Source of the DNA: Vicugna vicugna
Lineage: Eukaryota
Assembly: GCA_013265495.1 (NCBI GenBank)
Contig: MU058650.1
Span: forward strand, 709,394-773,393
Direction of reading: 5' to 3'
DNA: 64,000 nt
Positions 26,465-36,787 of this stretch are shown here, piece by piece; the stretch's first letter is position 1, and each line of letters begins with the position of its first letter. Below the pieces are notes generated by a model. The model did not search any database and had not been told where the DNA came from. It was given only the letters and a program-made list of their open reading frames with translations. Position numbers and translations under genes: made by a program.

Positions 26465-28380
26465 CTGAGAATGGAAAAAGGGCTTCTGGCTCAAGAAAAT
26501 TTATGCTGTCTGAAAAAATTGCACATTCTCATGAACTCCTCTTGGGACTTTTTTTAAATATTAGATTCGTTTCCTCCTTACATGCAGGAATGCAAAGGGA
26601 TGGAGGAAGAATTGGCTGACACAGGCTAGGGATGAATTTCAGGATGCAGAGACACGAGAAAATCACCACTGCTTCCCATTGCTAAGTTCTTATTTCATAA
26701 AGCCATTTAATACAACTGGGTATAAGGTGAACAAAACTCAAAAATACCTATTTTATTTGCACCTGTGCCTCCCACTGTGATCAGATGTAACTAGATAGCA
26801 AATCCAACTAACAATTCAAAAAAAAACCATAGAAAATGTTGAAGAGAAACACTCATCATTTTGTTTCTTTCTCGATGCATCACATTTACTGTTGCTCTTC
26901 AGCCAATAACCCCTGAAGGCAGCTTTCTCTTCAAAGAAAGTACTGTTCCTTCGACTGAGTGGGCATTAGTTCAACTTCAAAATTACAGTTAAGTTGCTAA
27001 GGATCCAGGCATTGGATGAAATCAATCAGCAGTTATTCACTGGGCATGACTATATGATAAACAAATAATAAGTATTAGCTCATAACATTTATTAATCTAT
27101 GGGATAACGATCATATATAACAATTACTATTTTATTATCATTAGGAAAAAAGTATACGACAGGATTTCTACTCTATTTCAAGAAATATCATTCTTTAACT
27201 TGCTGCTTCTTATAGGAGAAGGCAAATGAACTCTCGAGGAATAGATATTGGGGTTAAGTAATTATGATGGAAAGTCCCTTTTCAGGGACAAAGTACGTGA
27301 ATGCATCCTGTTGGCTTAATCCTTTCTAAGATGGATACCAGCTTTCCAGGTGAACTTTGGCTCCGAGCATTGCAAAGCCCTGCATCTCATTCTAATTCTA
27401 GGATTCTCGGTCCTTGGTGAGGAGGGCCAGAATTATTGACCCAAGTTTGCAGCGCCTGAGTTTGGAACAGAATCTGGTTTCCTCATGTCCGCATGTGAGG
27501 TTTATCTTTACATGAAAGCAAAGAACATTACATAATCCTCATTAATATAGATGACAGTTCTGACTCCAGCAGCCTGTGCATCGTTGCAAAAACAGTTGGT
27601 TTAATCTCGAAGGAAGACACTAAGTAAAACACATTTCTTTAATCAAGGAAGTCAGGTTCCATCTGATGCATGCTGTCTAAGGGACAAAGCATTTCAGGCA
27701 GCTAAGTAATTGGCACGTAATAGGGGCATACCGGGGGTGCAATTTACTTATTACCTTTGGCTAGGGTATGAATTGAAATCTCAGTAGGAGCACAGGCCAT
27801 TAGGGTTAAAGCTAAGGAGGAAAACAGAAGTTGGCCGCCAGAACACACTCCCAGCCAAGAAAACATGCCAAATGAGGCTTAAAATGAAGCTTTCCTGTAC
27901 ACATTTCACAAGTTCACACCGACAGGGGGAACAATTCTTCCTCTTCTCCATCACCCCCTCTATCACAAGACTTATCTTTGGATGAAATATGCTACCATCA
28001 CATTTATATGAACTGACTATGGTCATGCCCACTGCAATGGATGACCCCTCAGTTGCTCGGGTTGCAAGTAGAAGGGAGTCTGAATTCAGAATCCAGAGAC
28101 CAGGCGTTTCATTTTGGCTCTGCTATCGACCAGTGGTTGGTCATCTCTCACTCACTCCCCAATCTAAAACTGACCTTCCACCAAAATGCTCTAAGCTAAG
28201 GCCTCTGCTGTCAAAGTTAACAATGTTTTGTAGCTTTGCACTTATTCTCAGACAGTTGTGACAACATGAACACTGCTGTTCTAAACCTTTCACAGCAATT
28301 CACTTTCATAAATAATATTCTCTCCACTATCTCATTTAGTATCAGTGTTCTCCATGCCTTCTTCCGTCTTTGGTCTTCCT

Positions 28381-28640
28381 CTTTTTTATTGATTTTTTTC
28401 CAGTCTTATTGAGATATAATTGATGCATACCATTGTACAGGTGTAAGGTGTACAACATAATTACTTGAGATACATATATACACATACTGTGAAATGATTA
28501 CCATCCATCACCTCACATAGTTACAAGATTTTGGCCTTGTGGTGAGAACTTTTAAGATCTACTCCCTTAACAACTTTCAAATATACAATACAGTATTGTT
28601 AATTAAAGTCGTCATGCTCTACATTACATCTCCAGAATTT
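28381..28640 (-). mobile_element. Old L1 3' end (L1MA/L1MB-like)
   Basis: ttattgagatataattga...tttaagatctactcccttaacaactttcaa is typical reverse-complement L1 3' UTR sequence. Confidence 0.75.
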
Positions 28641-28699
28641 ACTTCACATCGATTCAGTTAATCTTATCCAGGCTACAGATTCAACTACTCTCCATGCGT

Positions 28700-29580
28700 T
28701 GATGACAATCAGATTCATCTGCAGGATCATCACTCTCTTCAGATCTATTTTGCTTTTGGAAATATCCTCCCGAATGCCCTAGAGCTCTCAAAATTAAAAC
28801 AAAAAACAAAAAACAAAAAACAAACCTAAAACCAAATTCATTTAGTTTATTTCCCCTGAGCACTCTCCAAACTGTTTCTCCCCCTGTGTTCCCTCCACCC
28901 ATCCAAAGTCTGGTACCCATCTGTGACCCATTTTCAAGATTCGATTTCCCAAATATTTCTCAAATACATCTTTTACCTACTTACTATTGCCCCTCCCTTG
29001 TGCAGCTCCCTTTCACTCTTGAACAGACTATGTTGCGAATACCTATAAATCCATCTCCCTTCCGAGGTATCTTCTACATGGATGCCAACGTGGTCTTTCT
29101 AAATAACAAATCTTATCATCTCTCTACTCTACCTTAAAATCTTTACTAATCCCTATTCCCATCCCCACAAAGTCCTAACCTGTAGGGACCGAGCAGCTGC
29201 CTCACTGGCCTCCGTTCTTGGGTGTCCTCCATTCTCACCTTGGGTTAGAGCCATTCTAAACCCTTTGTCTTCTCCATTTGCTACATGACATTTTGGCGAA
29301 TTTGCACTAGGTTGTCCCTTTCTGGAATGTTCTCCCTTATTGTTTATTTAAATCCCATTTATCCTTCTAGGCTCAGTTTCCACATCATCTTCCCTGCCAC
29401 ATGATCACTGACCTTCCTCCTTCTCCCATCTACCTCGAGTAGTTTAATTTCCTTTACAATGTCTTGTGCACACCTCTATTCTAACACATCACCCCACATT
29501 GTAGTTGTCTTGTCATCTGAGTTTTTCTGAGGATAGGAATCGCGTTTTGCCTGTCATTGTAATATAACCCTATCACAGCG
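28700..29580 (+). mobile_element. L2 remnant
   Basis: Degenerate pyrimidine-rich L2-like sequence. Confidence 0.5.
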
Positions 29581-30117
29581 AGGTTTCAGTGACTCCTGGA
29601 TCTGGGCCACACCATTTGCTTCCAATTCTCTAGCATTTACTTGGTTTCCCTGGTTTTTCAACTTATTGTCTCCCACAGAGATTCTCCCTCTCTGCTTAGC
29701 CTTCTTGGATCAACAACCCAATTGGATGGTCTGCCCAGATGTGATAGAGGTTGACCCAAGGCGGCAGCTGTGAATTCCTCTATTCAGTTCCATGCTCTAA
29801 GAGAGAGCAGTGTCACCTGGCCCCAGGTTCCTGGGTGGGCAGCTCAGACCCACCCCTGAGCATTCAGATATCAAGTATGGGAGACAAAGAGGAGAGTGGG
29901 AGAGGCTGGGAAAAGCGAACTGTTATTATCTCATTATCTCTTCTAATTTATTTAGAAAATAACCGTGTAGTAAGCTGGCGGGACCTCTGCTGACAGGTGT
30001 ACTGAACTGCTGAAAGGCTAGAGGACCACTGAGTTAACTGGAATAGCTACTGGGAAAGAACAGCAAGGTATAAAAGGTACAGTTCAAGGGAAGAAAAGTG
30101 AACAAAGCTGGCCACAC

Positions 30118-30444
30118 CCTGCGCCCCTGCGTTGTCTATATTGGTGCAGCTGGAGGGGTGGGGGTGTCTGATCGCATCAAAGTGTCGCCTGTTTATCAGC
30201 TTTGCCAGACTGCGACTGCAATACACACGACTGAAAGTATCTAATTGAAACGCCAGATTATTTACTGTCTAGTCTTAGCCTTGAAAGACAATGAATGTTG
30301 TGCATAGCATTGTGTAGACCATTTTGTTTAATGTGTCAAAAGACTTTAGATATCTAACCAGGAAATGCGATGGAGTAAGTTATAAGAATACATTCCCTCC
30401 ATGCTTTCAGTCAAGTCAAGGTTCAAAAGAAATATACCAGAAAG
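30118..30444 (-). pseudogene. Candidate relic exon of a decayed gene
   Basis: Acceptor CTTCATTTTAG; reads FLLNLDLTESMEGMYSYNLL/PSHFLVRYLKSFD across one frameshift; donor weak. Confidence 0.35.
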
Positions 30445-30994
30445 CTAAAATGAAGTATGTAAATTCACAATCCCAGTGTGTATCATTGTTAAAAGCAAAA
30501 TGGGAAATTCTCTAGATTTTGTCCCTTAGCAACACTATAGAATTAAGCACAAGTCAGGTTTGTCATGAACTCAGAATTTATTAAAGGAACTCAGCATGAG
30601 CATTTATGTCTATATTAGCATCCTTGTCTGGCTTACAGCTTTGAAGGCTGTTTTAAAACGTTTGAATACTTATCAGCTGCCTGCATCATAGAGAAACGGT
30701 GGCTGTGATTATTTTCACTACTAAATCAGAAGATCCTGAGATAATATAAGTTCCCTTCAGACTCCAGTTTCAGACCTGTTAACAGGACTCACTTTTCTGT
30801 CCTCTAGGATTAAAAATCGCACTTGTTCCTTCCAACTGAGCCCACAGCTTCAATTCTATTTAGCAGTGTCTGGAGTGAGAGCTATGTGGATTTCAGTGTT
30901 AGCCCTGCCTGTTACCAGCAGGACCACTGTGGTAACTGTGCGAAGTGTGAACTGCTCAGCTCCGAGGGGCGCCTTCTCTTGAGCTACGATGTGA

Positions 30995-31013
30995 TGGCGC
31001 CCCCTGGAGTTGG
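30995..31013 (-). promoter_or_regulatory. Candidate CTCF motif
   Basis: Minus strand CCAACTCCAGGGGGCGCCA matches the CTCF core CCAGGGGGCGC. Confidence 0.45.
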
Positions 31014-31029
31014 GCAATGTGCTAGACTT

Positions 31030-31220
31030 GGCGTGCTTTGAGATGCTTTTCCACTCCAAGCCTCCGTTCCTTCATGTGCAGAATAGGGGCATTAAACAGA
31101 CGCATTTAGAGTACCTACCTAACTTGGTATTGTGACGATTAAGTGAGATAATGCATGAAAAAAATGTTCAATCTAGGACATGGACACATACAAACTGCTC
31201 GCTAAGTGTTAACAGCTATA
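31030..31220 (+). mobile_element. MIR remnant
   Basis: gcctccgttccttcatgtgcagaatagggg...ttgtgacgattaagtgagataatgcatg resembles the MIR core. Confidence 0.65.
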
Positions 31221-31543
31221 ATGACGATGAAGCCTCACTTCTCAGTAGGCTGAGCCTCAGGCCTGGCCTTCTAAGGCAAAACACCATTGCAGCCACCTAG
31301 TATTCACGTACCTAGAGCACAGATATTTAAAGCAGCTCTGCTGGAATCTTCCTTTGTCATAAAGTCACGTTAATACCCTTAATAGCAACGGGGATTAGAA
31401 ATTTATCAAGCTTCTTATTCTCTGGGGCAAGAAATCGTCTGAGAGGTGAGCAGAAAAAGAAGAATAAATGTTAGTCTGTCTAGAGACCCAGAGTTGCATT
31501 ATTCTGAACGCCTAAGGTCGGGTTAGTTGTTAATTCACACTTT

Positions 31544-31998
31544 TGTCAAATGAAATTAAAGTGTGCACCGCGAGAGCCGTGAGTTTTGGTTTTATTCAGG
31601 GGATGCAGCGAGGACAACAGGCCGGGAGATGGCCTCTCAGACAGCTTTGAGGAGCCTCCCTGCAGGGCGGGGAGGAGGCCAGTGTGTATGTGACTTTGGC
31701 AAAGGGGTACACGCACACACCGTCGAGCACACATCTCGGTAGAGGCTATTGCTGGTCACAAGGAACAGATATCTCCATTAATTTCTAAGGGTGGGAAGAT
31801 GCAAGAATCCGGGTTCATAAAAATTCCTCCTGAAACATCTAACAAGGCCGCTTTTGCCTGTTCTCCCAAAGCGCGGAGAGCCCTGTCCTGCTCTTGGTCC
31901 TTGAGCTCCTTCCAGGCTGCACTGTAGGGCGGCAGCTACAGCGATCGATGGCTCAGTCTCTGCAGACCCTGATGGTGAGGGATGTTCCTTACTTTACA
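31544..31998 (-). mobile_element. Solo ERV1-type LTR (about 455 bp)
   Basis: Minus-strand TGTAAAG...TTTGACA termini, AATAAA near 31590, TSD cttt/cttc. Confidence 0.8.
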
Positions 31999-32711
31999 CT
32001 TCCTCGGGGTTTTTTACTGTTGATTATTCCTTTCGCCTCAGGGAGAAGATTTCCAGCACTAGTTTGATATGGATCTGCAGGAAACTCATCTAAAAACTCT
32101 GTGAAATTAAGAGAGTGATTGCTTTTTCTAAGAATGCAGAAAGGTGAAAGCGATGACTTAGCGTGAGACAAATGAGGGAATGATTAAATTGGACTCCACA
32201 CTGACACTGAGACCGCATCAGAATTCAAGTTATGTTCTTAGAAAAACGCCCTCTTCGCTTCAGCTACTTAGTAGAATGGATTTGTTAGGTTCCATCTCTC
32301 TCTCCCCACAAAAAGCAGAATCATTTGATTGAAAAGATAAATTTGTACCCAGAGTTTTATGGCAGATGGAAGATTTTGTTAAAGAATTTGATAGTTCATG
32401 ATTCTTTACAATTATAAAATGATCTCTATTAAGAACAAAATTTCCTCTTTACTGTGAGAATACTAATTAAAGTGTTACATTTTCAGCTACTTATTATGAT
32501 GCATCTGCCTCTTGCTTCCTGCCTTATCCTCATCTGCATCTCCCTTGTTTTATTTCTATCATTGACCACAGCAGGTAGGAGCTTACCTAAAGGAGTCCTA
32601 GTTTCAAGACTGAAAACTGGGAACATAATACAGATTCTCCGTATCCTTCCTCAAACCTTAGAAATGATTAAAAAATAATATACATGTGCACATTCACAGA
32701 TGTCATCTGTC

Positions 32712-32746
32712 CACACACACACACACACACACTCACACACACACAT
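32712..32746. repeat. (CA)n microsatellite
   Basis: Imperfect CA run. Confidence 0.9.
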
Positions 32747-33756
32747 TTTATGTATGTCTATGTGATGTCTATTTCACGCTGAGAAATTCTAAGACGACCA
32801 GAAACTGAACAACGCAGCCTAGACTACAAGCAGAGGCTGAACTTAGGGGAAAACAATATTCCGAGTACACGACGGACTCATGTGAGATCCCACCTGAGAA
32901 TGTGCCAAAATTTATAAGAGCCCCCCAAAGGAGAGCCAGAGCTGAGGTGGTGAGAGCTGGGAGACAGAGAATGCCAAGGTGCACAGCCAGGGAAATTAAC
33001 TGGGCTCCACACTGAGGGCTCTCAGGTCTCCCAGCCCATTCCTCCCTCCAGCCTGGGCACTTTTAGACCAAGTATGAGCCTCTCTCTTCAGTTTCCTGTT
33101 TCTGCACACACACTGGCATTGACTGCTCCTCTCTGCCAAAGAGCACCCCTCGTCAATTGCAATTCCAGACCCATTTCCTCAAAGCTGATACTTTCAAGTC
33201 TCTAACTGGTCAGAGTCATCACTGATCCGTACCTGTACCTTCTAGTCACACACTTTCTTCATCTTCCCCAAAAGTGTACCACTCCCAGGAGAAAATATGA
33301 AACTTGTTAGTCTGTAAACATTCCTGTGCTGTACATTGGAAGTCAGCAGTGCTATATATCTAAACATATGCAATACTTACAATAATACCATTACATTAGA
33401 ATGGCATTCACTAAGTACGCTGCATGAGATGTTTTATGTGCATATTATCATACACACACAATTTATACCTCAACAAAGGTACGTGTGTGTGACGTGTACG
33501 TGCATATGCCCACATAACATATATCTGTCAGTCACCAGGCGAGGGAGGTGTTACTATCTCCAGCTCACAGATGAGGAAATCAGGGCACAGAGAAATTTAC
33601 TGTCCCAAATTCTTACAGCTAATCCAAGTTTGCATGTTTAACTACACTGGTCGTGCCCTCAAAACCATTGCTTAGAATTCTGACAGTTTCATTTTGAAAT
33701 CTATTGTTAGAATTTTATATTGCAATTTCTGCCAATATTAGCTTTCTTGATAAAAG

Positions 33757-34249
33757 TGTAACTGAGCAGGGCACTACAGGTCCTTCTGAGACAGACCCCT
33801 CCCCATACCCGCTGCTGTAGCTCCTCTCTGAAATACCAAGGTAACAGTATTTGGTGCACATTTCCTGAGTTCTTCTACAGATATGAAAATCCCCAACAAA
33901 AGGAAAAAATTAACCACCTGATGACCAGGAGCACGCAGCCCCCAGATCTACTGGTACCTAAGGAGTCATAATGTTAACCCCTGTGATACTGTCCTGTTAT
34001 CTCACCATCAGCCAATCAGAGAACTGTCCATGAGCTGATCATGTACCCTGGGACGCCCCGCCCTCACTGTGCCTTTAAGAACGCTGTGCTGACACCCATC
34101 GGGGATTCGGGCTTTCTGAACATTAGCCTCCCTAGACTCCGTGTCTGGAGCCTTATGATGAACACTGCACTTTCCTTCACCACAACCCGGTGTCAGCCGA
34201 TCGGCTTTGCTGTGCTTAGGGGAATGGACCCAAGACTGGTTTGGTAACA
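33757..34249 (+). mobile_element. Solo ERV1-type LTR (493 bp)
   Basis: TGTAACT...GGTAACA termini, perfect 4-bp TSD aaag, internal CCAAT and GC boxes. Confidence 0.9.
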
Positions 34250-34811
34250 AAAGGACAGATGTGATTCATACCAATTTTTCCCATTTCTTCCTACTTTCAA
34301 CAAAGAACTGATGCCTGGAAAGACAGAAAACATTTCGTGACCAAAACGGAAGGCTAAAATAATTGCAAGGGAGGCTGGTCATAAAAATTTTGACTCAGTT
34401 AACCAACACAAGAGGTTGCCAGCCTCCAGACTGCCTGCTAGATGAGATAATTAGAAGTCTTTCGAGGTTCTAACCCAAGATGAAGATGTAGGAGGCTCCT
34501 GAGCTCACCTCCTCGCAGGAACACACCAAATCTACAGCCACACATGAAGCAATTTCCTCTGAATAAATCTGGAACACACTCACATCAAACAAGAAAACAC
34601 TCACATCAAAATGGGTAGGAAGGGCTGAGACACACTGACAATAAACCTCACCTCTGGCTCGCTGTCATACAACTGGGAGGGAATCATACTCCCAGCTTCT
34701 CTCTGGGCAGCAAAGGGTTTGGAACCAACATCCAGCACCCCAGCTGTAAGACTTACACCTGATGGATGGGCTGCTGAAACACCTAGCTCTGAAGGCCAAT
34801 GGGACGCACAT

Positions 34812-35290
34812 TGTGAACGAAAAATACTGCAAACTGTATCAGTAAACAAAGAATGCTGAAGACATCAAGTCATCAGCCACTGCCGCCCCCCAACCCCATG
34901 CCAGTGGAGACAAGCCTGTAGCCCGGCCTCTGCAGCCTGAGGGGACTCAGACTGTGAAAGGACAGCAGACTGGCCCCAGAGAGCTAAGTGCTTGTCAAAG
35001 GGACGATTTCCCTGAGCCCAGATGTTTGGTCCCTCCCATATACAGAAAAGCGCTAAATTCTTTAACTTGAGATGCCTGGTTTTCCTTAACAGTAATCTTT
35101 AATGTTCCAACTACCTGGTCTTGGTTGTAAAGCTCCAATATATCCCGGCTCCTTCCCTACCTCTTGGGAGCAGCCCCTCAGGGCCATCTGGGGGGCTGTC
35201 ATCCCGGGCTCCAAGGGGCTGGAGTCCTCAGAAGTGTCCACTGAGTAAAACATAACTCTCTTAGGCTGTGTGATTTTATTTCAGTCAACA
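34812..35290 (+). mobile_element. Solo ERV LTR nested in the L1 5' UTR
   Basis: TGTGAA...TCAGTCAACA termini; short (ca)cat repeat at the flanks; L1 sequence resumes after it. Confidence 0.7.
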
Positions 35291-35396
35291 CATCCAAGAG
35301 ACCCACCAGATTGTAGCCAACAACAGCAAAAAAAAAAAAGATTCTTAACAGGCTCACAAGAACTCAGCTCAGAGGGACAGACAGAAATGCCTGCCC

Positions 35397-35725
35397 ATTA
35401 CACTAAGTGAAGTCAGTCAGCTGGAGAAAGGTAAATACTGCATGAATACTGCATGGTTGAAATCTGAAAAATACAACAAACGAGTGAATACAACATACAA
35501 GAAGCAGACCACAGACACAGAGAGCAAACTAGAAATTGCCAGTGTGGGGTGGAGGGATAGTACAGGAGCGGGGGGGTACGAACTACTGGGTGTGAGACAG
35601 GCTACAGGGTGTGCTATACCACACGGGGAATAGAGCCGATACTCTGTAACAACTGTAAATGAAAAGTAACCTCCAAAAACTGTATAAAATAAAAAAAAAT
35701 GTAAGAATAAATCATGAAAAAAAAG
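35397..35725 (+). mobile_element. L1 3' fragment nested in the older L1
   Basis: L1 3' UTR and A tail; flanking direct repeat agaaatgcc at 35383-35391 and 35726-35734. Confidence 0.8.
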
Positions 35726-36682
35726 AGAAATGCCCCTCCCCCCATCAGCCTTTCCCTGAAAAAGCCCTTTGTGCACACGTCAGAAGCTGCTGCCCTGAGG
35801 GTCAGGCTTCTAATTCAGCGCGTATTTAGGAGCGGACAGCCATCCTTCCCAAAGACCACAGAAGCGGGCAGGTGCCACTCCATTTTCTCTGCCTGGCTCT
35901 CTATGTCCCGCTGGAAGAAGCTTGTGCACGTCTGGCACCCTGGCTTTTGCAGCTGCAGCCCAAAGGGCATACCACTTGATCACCTGGCTATGGTGGCCAG
36001 CAGGGCTTGAGTTCAGGGGTCCCACAGGGCTGTAATGACCAAAGAAACAGTTCTCAACCAGCTATACCCCAGGGCTCAGTGCAGAAAGAGCGGACGGATG
36101 GCAACACTCATCTCTCAGTCCTTCCCTGAAAGAGGCATGTTTGTGTACTTTAAGAGCTGCTGCCTAAGGGTCCAGCTTCCAGTCCCCAGGCCCTGACAGA
36201 GATCCTCCCTTTGAGACATGGACAGATCCTGGCATGTCCTCAACTACTGGGAGCCACGAAGAACAAAGAAGGCAGCATGCACAATCACAGAGGTTTGAGA
36301 GACAAGCAAGAGCTTGGACCAGGCTGACCGGTAAGGTTTATCTCCTCCAGAAGATCACTCTGCCAAGAATGGGAGATGTGGTGCTTACCTAAACGCACAG
36401 AAACCAATACAGAGTGCCAAAGAAATGAAGAAAGAGACGAGTATGTTCCAAACAACAACAACAAAACAAACAAAACAAGATAAAACTTCAGAATCAGACC
36501 TTAATGAAATGGAAGTAAGTGATTTACCTGATACAGAGTTCAACACAATGCTCATAAAGATGTTCACTGAGGTCAGGAGAACAAAGCGAGACTTTTAACA
36601 AAGAGACAGAAAATATAAGAGAATACCAAACAGAATCACAGAGCTGAAAAACACAATAGCTAAACTGAAAAATTCCAAAAAT

Positions 36683-36787
36683 GTGCTGGCTTCAGCAGCA
36701 CATATACTGAAATGGGAACAAGGCAGAGAAGATCAGCGTGCCCCCTGCACAAAGGATGACACGCAAATTCAAGCAGCAGCCTATATT
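36683..36787 (+). pseudogene. RNU6: U6 snRNA retro-pseudogene, full length and diverged
   Basis: GTGCTGGCTTCAGCAGCACATATACTGAAATGGGAACAAGGCAGAGAAGATCAGCGTGCCCCCTGCACAAAGGATGACACGCAAATTC aligns along its length to U6. The upstream sequence is L1 ORF1 rather than a U6 promoter, and the T-run terminator is lost. Confidence 0.93.

Noticed and set aside
34577..34610. Short tandem duplication (cactcacatcaaa twice) within an L1 5' UTR
   Set aside because: An ordinary slippage duplication with no further structure.
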